Notes: generated by a model not told the origin, from the sequence alone. DNA of 64,000 nucleotides from Eledone cirrhosa (GCA_964016885.1 OZ024746.1:77438001-77502000), one strand, 5' to 3'; positions 24,404-38,139 are shown, numbered from the stretch's first letter. Numbers and translations are program-made.

Positions 24404-26065
24404 ATTAACGAAATGAAAAATGGTAAGGCTGCTGGACCATCGCGAATAGTTGCTGAGATGCTGAAGGCATCAGGGGACGTAGGCACTAAACTGGTTGCAC
24501 GCATCATCAATCAGGCTATATATGGTGGTGTCATACCCAAAGACTGGTGCAGCAGTATTCTCATAAAATGCTACAAAGGTAAAGGGGATGCTCTGGAAAG
24601 GAGCAATTATAGGGGTATAACACTGATGGATCAGGTTATGAAAGTGGTAGAAAGGATATTAGCACAACTAATTAGAGAAAGGGTCAAACTAGATGAGATG
24701 CAGTTTGGTTTTGTGCCTGGGAAGAGTACAACAGATGCCCTCTTCTTGGTGAGACAATTGCAAGAGAGGTTCTTAGAGAAAAATAATCCACTATACTTAG
24801 CCTTTGTTGACCTAGAGAAGGCCTTTGATAGGGTACCCCGATCTGTCATCTGGTGGTCCCTAAGGAAACTAGGTGTTGAGGAATGGCTTGTGAGGACAGT
24901 GCAAACTTTGTTCAGAGATACTCTCAGTAAAGTCAGGGTAGGAATGGAGTTTAGTGAGGAATTCCAGATACAAGTAGGAGTACATCAAGGTTCGGTCCTC
25001 AGCCCGCTCTTCTTCATTATAGTCCTCCAAGCCATAACAGAGGAGTTTAAGACTGACTGTCCATGAGAACTTCTCTATGCTGACGATCTGGTTCTTTAGC
25101 AGAATCAGTAGAGGAGCTAGAGAATAAATTCTGGCTATGGAAACAGCAGTTGGAAGCAAGAGGACTGAGAGTGAACCTAGCTAAGACAAAAGTGTTGATG
25201 AGTAGAAAAGAGAACAAAACTCTGATTCCATCAGGGAAATGACCATGTTCGATATGCAGAAAAGGAACTGGCATAAATTCTATAAAATGCACACAATGCA
25301 GATCCTGGGTATACAAGAGATGTAGTTGGATAGCAGGCAAACTAACAGGTAGGGAGAAATATGTATGCAGTAGATGTACAGGGAAATTAGACAGTAGAAG
25401 TCGCATTGATAGACACATTTTTCAAATGCAGGAGGGTGCTATAGAAGTGGTGGATAGCTTCCAGTACCTAGGAGATCAGATTAGCATGGGAGGAGGGTGT
25501 TCCGAGGCCATAGTATCTAGAATAAGGACGGATTGGAAGAAGTTTAGGGAGCTGCTTCCTCTGCTGACGAAGAAGGGTTTCTCCCTGCGTACGAAAGGCT
25601 GGTTGTATGATGCCTGTGTGAGGAGCGCGATGCTGCATGATAGTGAGACATGGGCAGCAACTGCAGAGGATATGCGACGGCTGGAGAGAAATGAGGCAAG
25701 CATGCTCCGTTGGATGTGCAAGGTGAATGTGCGTGAACGACCCAGCATAAATGTGTTGAGAGAAACTGTGTCTGAGAGGGATAGAATGTAGTGTACGGGA
25801 GAGGAGACTGAGGTGGTATGGACATGTGATGCGCTTGGAGGATGATCGATGGGTGAAGAAGTGCCAGGAAATGCTAGTTGAATGAAGACGTGGTAGAGGT
25901 AGACCACGAAAAACATGGGCGGAGGTGGTGAAAATAGACCTCAGATCATTGAAGCTCACGGTGGAGATGACGAAGGACCGTGACGAGTGGAGAGATGCTG
26001 TGCTGAATAAGACCCGTCCCACCCTTGCGAGCAGGGAAAAGCGGACGTAAAATGATGATGATGAT
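24404..26065 (+). pseudogene. 5'-truncated RTE-clade LINE (RTE-1): RT domain, PHD-like insertion, C-terminus and (GAT)n tail; several stops and frameshifts
   Basis: [94 protein letters not shown] followed by AATGATGATG. Confidence 0.96.
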
Positions 26066-26095
26066 ATATATATAAATAAATAAATAAATAAATAA

Positions 26096-26176
<81 letters not shown>

Positions 26177-26213
26177 TTTTAATTATATCTCGTATAAAAT
26201 AATATATATATAA

Positions 26214-26278
<65 letters not shown>

Positions 26279-26779
26279 AATATCTCATATAAAATACAAC
26301 TGGCCTTCCACAAAATACATATAGTTAGCACCCCAAACACAAAATTGGGATTATACTAACGTATGTCCTAATGTTTGTTGAGTGAGATGGTAGCCAGTCA
26401 GAGTTTAGCTTAAAGCTTTCTCTGTTATTGTATTAAATATATATATATATATATATAAATAAATATATATACATATATAAATAAATATATATACACATAT
26501 ATATATATAAATAAATAAATATATATATATAAATAAATAAATATATATTTATATAAATAAATATATATATATAGAGAGAGAGACTTGATACAGTATTTGC
26601 TTGTGATGTTCAATGCGAGCCATTTATTGTAAGATTCACATTTAGTAAAATGTTAATGTTTGACCACAGCTTCCAAATATGACAGTGTAGTGTACAGCTT
26701 CAATAAAGATATGTTTCAGATTATTGATAGTTTTCTACTTTGAGGCCACAACATATTTTATCGTCATATAAATCCATAG

Positions 26780-27130
26780 GGTGGTGGATTGGCAGAATCA
26801 TTAGTTAAAATCCTGCCGAAGTGTCAACTTTGCCTTTCATCCTTCCTGGGTCCCTGGTTCAATAAAATAAAGTATCTGAAGAGTACTGAGCTTGGTATAA
26901 TGTCTCCCCCACTCCCCAAATGTTGCTGGCTTTGTGCCTGAATTGGAAACCATTAATATATATAATTCATCTTTACGTTCTGAGTTCAAATCCTGCCGAG
27001 GTTAGCTTTACCTTTCATCCTTACATGGTCGATGAAATAAAGTACCAGTAATACACTGGAGTTATTTAATCGACCCCCCCCCCCCAAAAAAAAATTGTTG
27101 GCTGTGTGCCTAAATTGGAAACTATTATTA
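26780..27130 (+). mobile_element. Two tandem SINE-B copies
   Basis: Core CCTTTCATCCTT..GGTC..TAAAATAAAGTA present twice. Confidence 0.8.
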
Positions 27131-27239
27131 TATAATTGATGTGGCTCTTGGGCGACTTTGGTGGAGTCCTATCATCACCACCACCATCACCACCATCACC
27201 ACCATCACCACCATCACCACCATCATCATCATGCTACTG

Positions 27240-27445
27240 TTTTCCATTAGATCTTCTGCACCATCTCATTTTTCGCCCCTTCACTGTGGTTAGCAGGTCT
27301 TGGTGGTGTTGTTCACATGTTACCTGGTTGCTGTGAGAATTCTTTTGTTGCTTATGTGTTCCATGAAGGAGATGCTCCTTATTTTTCTCTAGCATCTCAT
27401 TTCAAATGTCAGTGTTTTCCATTGAAATTCTGCTGTGAGCATCCA
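27240..27445 (-). pseudogene. Ancient RTE LINE C-terminal relic
   Basis: Minus strand reads WMLTAEFQWKTLTFEMRC*RKIRSISFMEHISNKRIL ... DLLTTVKGRKMRW, resembling the RTE C-terminal W-T-L...FEMRCYR..I...H.TN.EV and RKLRW motifs. Confidence 0.65.
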
Positions 27446-28293
27446 CATCTCACAAAAGGGTTAAGCATGTTTTAATGTGACAGTTTGTAGTTAGAGCAAT
27501 GATATCTTGTTTGTTGAAGCTTCAGTAATTGAAATTAATGCACTTAAAAGTTCAAAGTGTTCTGCAATCGTTTTAGAACATAAATAACAAATTCTATTGG
27601 ATTATTTCACATTGCTATTGACATTGAATAATTATGTTCTATTGTCTCGAACTTTCTCCACACTTGTTTATTTCCTTCTCTTATCTTACTTACCATTTTT
27701 CTCTCTCGTCTCTGTCGTCTCTATCTCTATTCTTTAATCCCCATCCTCTCTTTTCTGTCTTTCCTCTTTCTCATCCCCCCCCCCCCACCTCCCACCCCTT
27801 CACATATGTCTTCTTTATCTCTATTGCCTCTCCAACCTCATTTTAATCTTTCTTCTTTCTCTCACAAATCTCTCTTCTTTACCTCTATCTTCTCACCGTC
27901 TTTTCTAGATTTTTCTCTTCCTACCTATCTTCTCTCTTCATCTCCATTCTCTTGCTATTGATTCAGTGGTAGTGCCTCTCTTAGTAACCCCTGTTCTCTA
28001 TTTAAAATCACACCAGTTTCAAAACAAGTCTTAGAAGCTATGCCAAAACATGGAAGAAGGTAGAAATGGGATGTAGCTTCACCAAGATGGTTGGTTCCTA
28101 TAAGATATTTACTGGTTATATAGCAAAGCAATTGCGTTGCATCAAAAGGAAGATCCAGAACTAAGCCATAAACGAACCACTGTTACCTACAACATTACAC
28201 TTACGCATATACTGTCACATCATTACATTAAGTTTGGTATCTAGAGGGAAAGTTGAAGTTTCTGTGTATAGTGTGTATGTATATATGCGAAAA

Positions 28294-28393
<100 letters not shown>

Positions 28394-28539
28394 AAATATA
28401 AGATAGAGAAAATTGGAGCAAAATAACCAAAAGTAAGAGAACAGTTTTAACAATATATTTTGATGCCTGTTCATATGTATGCTCGTATATATATAATATA
28501 TATATATATATATACACATACATATATATATATGCATAC

Positions 28540-28617
<78 letters not shown>

Positions 28618-28811
28618 TATATAAATATACCTTTTATATTGTTAACTTTCTTCAGCTTCTCTTTATTACATTAAAGCCACTCTGTAAAAGAACAGTCGCC
28701 ATTCTTCTCTATTTCCTCTGCCTAATCTACACTCAACTTACCATATGTTAGTTTCATAATTCATATCTTTTTCCTTTCATTCTTCCTTGCAGTCATGCTT
28801 GTGTGTGTGTG

Positions 28812-28850
<39 letters not shown>

Positions 28851-29521
28851 TATATATATACACACACACACATACTCACATATATATAAACTCATATATA
28901 CTCACACACTCCCAAACACATATTTACATACGTACACACGTGTGTGTGTATGTATCTATACACACACATATATAAATGAACACACACCCTCTCACGGATT
29001 TACTATACATGTGTATGTGTTTATATTTCATCATTTATGATTGCTTTTTACATACTCACACAAACATAGAGGCATATCTATATGGTTAAGAAGTTTTCTT
29101 TGCAAGTTTGTGATTACAGATTTGGTGTTCCTGTATTATGAACAAGAGTCTTCTGCTGTAGCTAGAAGTTGATCAATGCCTTGTGAAGGAAAGGACACAT
29201 GCCCCCACACGACCCCCTTCCCCCACAAACCTACAGTTACAGTAGAACAATATTCTATATTGTGTGGAAAGAGATATAAGGCTAAACAATGCAAAATGGA
29301 ATGTAAGATGAGGTAACAAAAGAGTAAGTTACCTGGTAATCTTTGTTTTGCTTTTTGTTGTTGCTGTTCTTTCTTCTGTCCAAATATTTTGGACCTAAAA
29401 TTCCTGTCTTCAGAGTTTAGGGAACTTTATAGAGAATAGTGTTTTGGTTTCTTCTCTTTGGGATTAAATCTTCATTTTAGTTTGTCGTTTTTAAGCATTT
29501 TTTTTAATGGTTATTTCGCTA

Positions 29522-30243
29522 TTCACGAGAATGACGTCAATTGACAATGTAATATTTCACAAGAATGACGTCAATTGCTAATGTAATAATTCACGAGAAT
29601 GACGTCAATTGCTAATGTAGTAATTCACGAGAATGACGTCAATTGCCAATGTAATATTTCATGAAAATGACGTCAATTGCCAATGTAATATTTCACAAGA
29701 ATGACGTCAATTGCCAATGTAATATTTCATGAAAATGACGTCAATTGCCAATGTAATATTTCACAAGAATGACGTCAATTGCCAATGTAATATTTCACAA
29801 GAATGACGTCAATTGACAATGTAATATTTCACGAGAATGACGTCAATTGCCAATGTAATATTTCACGAGAATGACGTCAATTGCCAATGTAATATTTCAC
29901 GAGAATGACGTCAATTGCCAATGTAATATTTCACAAGAATGACGTCAATTGCCAATGTAATAATTCACGAGAATGACGTCAATTGCCAATGTAATATTTC
30001 ACGAGAATGACGTCAATTGCCAATGTAATATTTCACAAGAATGACGTCAATTGCCAATGTAATATTTCACAAGAATGACGTCAATTGACAATGTAATATT
30101 TCACGAGAATGACGTCAATTGCCAATGTAATATTTCACGAGAATGACGTCAATTGACAATGTAATATTTCACGAGAATGACGTCAATTGCCAATGTAATA
30201 TTTCACGAGAATGACGTCAATTGCCAATGTAATATTTCATGAA
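29522..30243. repeat. 34-bp minisatellite, 21 copies (TTCACGAGAATGACGTCAATTGCCAATGTAATAT)
   Basis: TGACGTCA recurs every 34 bp from 29532 to 30212. Confidence 0.97.
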
Positions 30244-31014
30244 ATTAATATTTTATATTAGTTTATACACACTGTAAAGTGGTTGGCATTAAGAATGGGA
30301 TCCTTAAAAATCCTAAAAGGGAATATATGAGTAATACCTAGTGATCTAACATGTTTAATCTAAGAACATGATACCCCGTCCAGCCCATGTCAGTATGAAC
30401 AATGAGCGTAATGTGGTGGTGATGTTATGCATCTTGGTTGATTATTTCATGTGTTTCATCTGGATGAATTAGAATTCATCCAGACTGGACAAATTTGTTT
30501 CAACTGTAGACTTGGCCCAAATTCTTGTAACAGCATTGATTCTATAACAGGTGTTGAATGCCTTAGAGCAAAAAATGGAGAATGTCATGCACATGGCAGT
30601 GAAATTATAAGAATCATTAACCCGTTAGCATTCGGCCAGAATTCTTTCATCCTTTGAAACCACCAGCTCACACCAACATTAAGATATCATTCTTAGAATA
30701 AACAATAACAACATCAAAATCTTGTAGACTCGTGTAGACTATGTGAATTAATTATGTGAGATAAAAACCTTTACCATGAAAATACAATAGTAAATATAGA
30801 GTAATGTAAATGCTGAAGGATTAAAGTATGTGAAATAATAGAAGGAAAGTAAAGGAGGTGATCATTAGATCCAACCAAGGAAAATATGCTTCCATTGGTC
30901 TTTTCCCTGTTTATACAGGTTGCAACTCCTCCTGGCAGACAAGGGCAGAATTGGAACTTAGACCTCATAGTGCCAGATCAGATGGTGTAAAGCATCTTGT
31001 GTAACTCATTAATA

Positions 31015-31160
31015 ATGGTTTCAGATTTAGGCACAAGGCCAGTCATTTTGCGGAAGGGAAAAGTCAATTAAATCGACCCCAGTGCGTGACTGGTACTTTA
31101 TTTTATCGACCCCATAAGGATGAAAAGCAAAGCTAACCTCGACAGGATTTGAACTCAGAA
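31015..31160 (-). mobile_element. SINE-B fragment
   Basis: Reverse complement of the family core and tail. Confidence 0.8.
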
Positions 31161-31559
31161 AGTAGTTCAAATCCCGCAATAATAATAATAATAATAATAA
31201 TGCTTTCCTATTTAGACACAAGACCAGCACTTAAGCAGGGAGGGAATATGCAAAGGGCTGTAACTATGTGCCACAAAGCAGGGTGTCCAATGCTCTACCA
31301 ATACTGCATATCTACTGCACATTAATAATTCCAATCATCCAATGCCCCTCATCTCGTACTTTATTCATCAACCGTGAAAGCATGAAAGGGGAAGTTGACT
31401 TTGATGGGATTTGAACTCAGATCACAGAGGGCTTGAACAAGTACCAAGACATTTAATTGGTCACCCTGACTCTGGCAATTTGCTGCCACTTGCTTTTAAA
31501 CACATTAAGACACTGGTTGTTTTGTATACACGAGATGATTGTAGCTCCTATCATTAACC

Positions 31560-31960
31560 TAGCATCACCACCAACACCAACACCAACACCACCACCAACA
31601 CCACCACCACCACCAACACCAACACCACCACCAACACCAACACCACCACCACCATCACCACCACCATCATCACCACCACCACCATCACCAACACCACCAC
31701 CACCACTTCCATCACCACCACCACCATCATCATCACCACCACCACCACCACCACCGCCATCATCATCACCATCATCACCACCGCCATCATCATCACCATC
31801 ATCACCACCACCACCACCACTTCCATCACCACTATCAAATCACCTTCTCCTCAACACTACCACAACCATTAGCATCACCATCATCACTTCCATCACTATC
31901 ATATCACTCTCACCACAACCACCATCCCCACTACCACCACCACCACAATCATAGGCATCA
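31560..31960. repeat. (CCA/CAT)n low-complexity tract
   Basis: Degenerate trinucleotide repeat. Confidence 0.9.
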
Positions 31961-32092
31961 CCTCCCCCCACCTTCACATTGTCTTCAGTATCCATTATTT
32001 TCTTTTTCTTATTTCCTCTCCACTATTCATGTTTCCTATCATTTTCCTTTCATATTCTGATATTTCCTCCTTATTTCCTCCCCTTTTTCACT

Positions 32093-32157
<65 letters not shown>

Positions 32158-32357
32158 TATATATATTAGTAAAAAGGAAAAGAAAATGGTGACAGATTTT
32201 TCCCAGTGAAAAATAGTTTAATTAGGAATAAGTATAAATTAGTAATAATTATTAGTTGGTATTCAGTTTTAGTTTTAAGTTTTTACTGGTTGCACATTTC
32301 TTATGCTTTTCAAAAATAATTTTGAGATAGAGTGCTCGTGATTTTTGCTCTAATCTG

Positions 32358-32412
<55 letters not shown>

Positions 32413-32417
<5 letters not shown>

Positions 32418-32530
32418 AACCAGTAAGACCCCGACAGCTGAGCTCAAGCTGTTTCTACGGCTAATTCTAAGTCCAGAATTAGCCGTCGAAACGGCTTGAG
32501 CTCAGCTGTCGGGGTCTTACTGGTTCCTAT
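32413..32530. repeat. 56-bp-arm inverted repeat (2 mismatches, 6-nt loop)
   Basis: 32413-32468 is the reverse complement of 32475-32530; loop AAGTCC. Confidence 0.95.
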
Positions 32531-32629
32531 TACCCACTCTACTACCTCAAGTATTGAGTACTTTGGTGCGTTATGGTCCACCTGGTTCCTTACCACACTT
32601 CCTTCGTTATATATATATATATACAGAAA

Positions 32630-32663
<34 letters not shown>

Positions 32664-32666
<3 letters not shown>

Positions 32667-32897
32667 ATTTACAGTGAGTGCTGGGTGTTTTTTTTTCTGT
32701 GGCACCTACACAACCACTTTGCAGTGGAATGATAGGGACCCCAGTCCCTACCATCTCATTTCTACAGCTGAGTAAACTGGAGCAATGTGAAATAAAGTGT
32801 CTTGTTCAAGGAAACAACAAATCACCCGGTCTGAGAATTGAACTCGCAACCTTTCAATTGCAAGGCCAATGCTCTAACCACAAAGCCATGTGCCTCC
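32664..32897 (-). mobile_element. SINE-A, 3'-truncated
   Basis: Reverse complement of the SINE-A head and body. Confidence 0.9.
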
Positions 32898-33309
32898 ATA
32901 TATATATATATATAGACACACACACACATGTGTGGGTGTGTATGTTTCTATATGTATGTGCCATCCCTTACATCTCAGTTCTCTTCTCTTCTTCGCTGTA
33001 CTTCCTGTCTTCTCCCCTAACTCTTCACTTCCTTTAGTTCCATTCTTATTTCTACTGTTGCTGTGACGTTGCTGCTCTATCATACATTCTCATGTCTACA
33101 CACTAACATATGTCTTGTTGCTCTACTTACTATATTTATTTTTATAATTATTTTATCTGGGGTTTTTTTTTCTTCTTCCTACCTTTATTTATTTATTTAC
33201 CTTATGTTTTACACCTTCCCTGAACATCATCTACTAATGTAGCTCTTTGTCTCTAGCTCATTGTCACTCTTTACTCTCTCTCTCTCTCTATTCTCCCCTT
33301 TTCCCTCCA

Positions 33310-33345
<36 letters not shown>

Positions 33346-33432
33346 TGTATGTATGTATGTATGTATGTATGTATGTATGTATGTATGTATGTATGTATAT
33401 GTATGTATATATATGTATGTATGAATGTATAT

Positions 33433-33915
33433 ATCATCATCATCATCATCATCAACGTTTAACGTCCGTGTTCCACGCTTGCATGGGTTTGGACGGGGGT
33501 AGTCCCACTTGAGGCAAGAGTGATTGTCTTGCTCGCATAGGACTGTCTTGCAGGTTTTCTACAGTTGGATGCCCTTCCTAACACCAACCACATTTACAGT
33601 GTGGGTCTGGGAGGTTTTTACCGTGTTGCCTACACGGCCACATTACAGCGTGGACTGTGTGTTTTTTTGTCGTGACACCTACACGATCTCATTTGTTTCG
33701 GCCTCAATGGCGCGGCACCAACATAACTTTACATAGAACGGGGCGGTGTGGATGGGGTGGGGGGGGGGGGGTGTATTTTGTTAGAGATGCCTACTGGCTG
33801 GAGTAGGTTTTACTATATATTTAGGTAAGACGGGTCTTCTCTGTTACTGAGTACCGCCAAAGGTCTCGGTCCAGTGACATTGTCTTGGAGAGGTGTAAGT
33901 GCGTGATGTCGGTGT
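33433..33915 (-). mobile_element. RTE-2 3' end (last codons plus 3' UTR)
   Basis: Matches 21714-22185. Confidence 0.88.
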
Positions 33916-33928
33916 GTGATGTCGGATA

Positions 33929-33959
<31 letters not shown>

Positions 33960-34080
33960 ATCAAGGCCGGTGCCCCAGCATGGCCTCAGCCAGATGGCTG
34001 ATACAGGTAAAAGAGTATATATAGATATGTTGATTTAACACTTCACTGCTCGCAAGTGTTTTTTAAGCTTCATATCATGT

Positions 34081-34163
34081 CTCCCTATTTTATCTGATGA
34101 GAACGCAAATATCATGCCATGATGATATTTGTTTTTGAAATGTGCATAATAAAATACTTGGAG
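34081..34163 (+). ncRNA. Type I hammerhead ribozyme
   Basis: Stem I TATTTTAT/ATAAAATA (plus CTCC/GGAG), CTGATGA 34094-34100, stem II with perfect CAAATATCAT/ATGATATTTG, GAAA 34137-34140, stem III ATGTGCAT, AUA triplet with predicted cut after 34148. Confidence 0.8.
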
Positions 34164-34193
34164 CTCTTTTAACCATCTTTTAATCTTATATTT

Positions 34194-34250
<57 letters not shown>

Positions 34251-34287
34251 ATGTATGTATATATATATATATATATGTGTATGTATG

Positions 34288-34322
<35 letters not shown>

Positions 34323-35011
34323 GTGTTTATATGTATATGTATATATATATGTGTATATATATATATATATATGTGTATATATATATATATATATATGTGT
34401 ATATATATATATGTGTATATATATATATGTATGTATATATATTATATATATATATGTATGTATATATATATATGTGTATATATATATGTGTATATATATA
34501 TGTGTATATATATATGTGTATATATATATATATGTATGTATATATATGTATATGTATATATGTATATATATGTATATATATATATGTATATATATGTATA
34601 TATATATGTATATATATATGTATATATATATGTATATATATATATATATGTATATATATATGTATATATATATATATATGTGTATATATATATATGTATA
34701 TATATATGTGTATATATATATATGTATATATATATATGTATATATATATATGTATGTATATATATATATGTATGTATATATATATATATGTATGTATATA
34801 TATATATATGTATGTATATATATATATATATATATGTATGTATATATATATATATGTATGTATATATATATATATGTATGTATATATATATATATATGTA
34901 TGTATATATATATATATGTATATATATGTATATATATATATGTATGTATGTATATATATATGTATATATATGTATATATATACGTATATATGTATATATA
35001 TATATGTATAT

Positions 35012-35233
35012 TTTTTAGGAACGATCGACTTTCGTCAAATCGGACCGAGGGAACAATGTTTCCGTTGGTCTTTCCAATTGCTAATACTATCTATCGGTCG
35101 CAACTCCAGGTAGAAGGAGCAACGTGAAATAAAGTGTCTTGCTCAAGGACATAACGCATCGCCTGGTCCAGGAATCGAACTCACAACCTTACGATTGTGA
35201 ATCCAATTCTCTAACCACTCCGCCACACGCCTT
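35012..35233 (-). mobile_element. tRNA-headed CORE-like SINE with the SINE-A head but a different 3' region
   Basis: Reverse complement reads GGCGTGTGGCGGAGTGGTTAG..GAGTTCGATTCC..CCTTGAGCAAGACACTTTATTTCACGTTGCTCC, then unrelated sequence. Confidence 0.75.
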
Positions 35234-35399
35234 CACATATATGTATATATATACGTATATATGTATATATATATATGTATATATGTATATATATATGTAT
35301 ATATATATATGTATATATATATATGTGTATATGTATATATATATGAATTTATATATGTGTATATATATATATATATATAATATATATATGTGTATATAT

Positions 35400-35842
<443 letters not shown>

Positions 35843-35849
35843 ATATATA

Positions 35850-35924
<75 letters not shown>

Positions 35925-36181
35925 GTGTATATATATATATGTGTATATATATATATGTGTATATATATATATGTGTATATATATATATGTGTATATATAT
36001 ATATGTGTGTATATATATGTATATATATATATATGTGTATATATATATATATGTGTATATATATATATATGTGTATATATATATATATGTGTATATATAT
36101 ATATGTGTATATATATATGTGTATATATATATATGTGTGTATATATATATATATGTGTGTGTGTATATATATATATATATA

Positions 36182-36236
<55 letters not shown>

Positions 36237-36317
36237 ATATATATGTGTATATATATATGTGTATATATATGTATATATATGTGTGTATATATATGTATAT
36301 ATATATATATGTGTATA

Positions 36318-36396
<79 letters not shown>

Positions 36397-36453
36397 ATAT
36401 ATATGTATATATATATATATGTGTGTATATATATATATGTGTGTATATATATG

Positions 36454-36484
<31 letters not shown>

Positions 36485-36641
36485 GTGTGTATATATATGT
36501 ATATATATATGTATATATATGTATATATATATATATATATGTGTATATATAAGTATATATATGTATATATGTATGTGTATATATATGTATATATATATAT
36601 GTATATATATGTATATATATGTATTTGTATATATATATATG

Positions 36642-36684
<43 letters not shown>

Positions 36685-36797
36685 GTATATATATATGTAT
36701 ATATATATGTATATATATATGTATGTATATGTATATGTATATATGTATATATATATGTATATATATATGTATATATATATGTATATATATATGTATG

Positions 36798-36828
<31 letters not shown>

Positions 36829-37131
36829 GTATATGTATATATGTATATATGTATATATATATATGTATATATAACAGCGTTGAATTAGTTTTGCGAGGTT
36901 TTTCATATGAAATCGTGTGTCGAAACAAATATTGTTCTACTTGGAGAGGGTCATATTTGTATAATAATATTGCCAGAATTAATAACAGAACACACTCACT
37001 GTTTGGTTGGTTTTCGCTTCTGTGTCTTTTATATTGGTTAATTTAATTTATTCGGTCCTCAATGTTGTCATTGATTGACAAACGGTAAAAAATACAGATA
37101 CAATATAGACACAAACACATATATATAGTCT

Positions 37132-37173
37132 AACAAAGTTCTTTCGTTGCACATCTGCCACATCGTCAGTGGT
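37132..37173 (-). ncRNA. Degenerate minimal hammerhead ribozyme downstream of the GIY-YIG relic
   Basis: Reverse complement: acca-CTGACGA-t-gtggca-gatg-tgcaac-GAAA-gaac-TT-tgtt. Confidence 0.55.
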
Positions 37174-37381
37174 GCTATTATGTTTCCTCCCATTGCATTG
37201 TATGCTTACGCCATCTTTATTTAGTCTGTTTATTCATTTATTTATTTTTTTTGTCTTCTCTGCGCATGCGTTTGCGTGTGTGTATAGTGTTTTGTATGAT
37301 GTGTGTTCTTGTTTGGGTGACTGTGTATTGGTTAATGTATTCTATCTTAGTTTACTAGTGTGTGTTTATATGTGTTTGTTG

Positions 37382-37701
37382 TTATTTATTTATACTTAGG
37401 TCAGTGTTGTTTGTTTGGGTGTTGTTATTCCATTCATTTTTTCTGTTCAGCCTTGGCCTTCTAAGTTCTATTTCGCTGGCCTCTCTGATTTGCCTATCTG
37501 CTGGGTCATTTCTATGTTTAGATATTATTCTAACTTCTATGTTGTCTATGTTACCGTCGTGTTGTTGTCTGGCATGTTTGTATAGTACTGAACCGTTTTT
37601 TCGTCCTTTTAGTTCCCCCCAGTGTTGGTCTATCCTTTCACCTATGCTACGACCTGCCTGCCTATGTATGTTGTTATCATGTTTCTGCAAGTACCCTCTG
37701 T
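37382..37701 (-). pseudogene. Penelope-like element GIY-YIG endonuclease C-terminal fragment (1-nt frameshift)
   Basis: [13 protein letters not shown] (YIG at 37668-37660), frameshift, then [43 protein letters not shown], matching the PLE endonuclease pattern YIG-x-T-x-R..R..EH..S.L..H...H..R.I.E...I...LN. Confidence 0.85.
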
Positions 37702-37732
37702 ATATATATATATATATGTATGTATATATATG

Positions 37733-37763
<31 letters not shown>

Positions 37764-37780
37764 GTGTATATATATATATG

Positions 37781-37820
<40 letters not shown>

Positions 37821-37894
37821 TATGTATGTATGTATGTATATATATATGTATATATATATGTATATATATGTATGTATATATATATATATATATG

Positions 37895-37946
<52 letters not shown>

Positions 37947-38052
37947 TATATGTATGTATATATATATATATATGTATATATATGTATATATATATATGTA
38001 TATATATGTATGTATATGTATATATATGTATGTATATGTATATATATGTATG

Positions 38053-38139
<87 letters not shown>

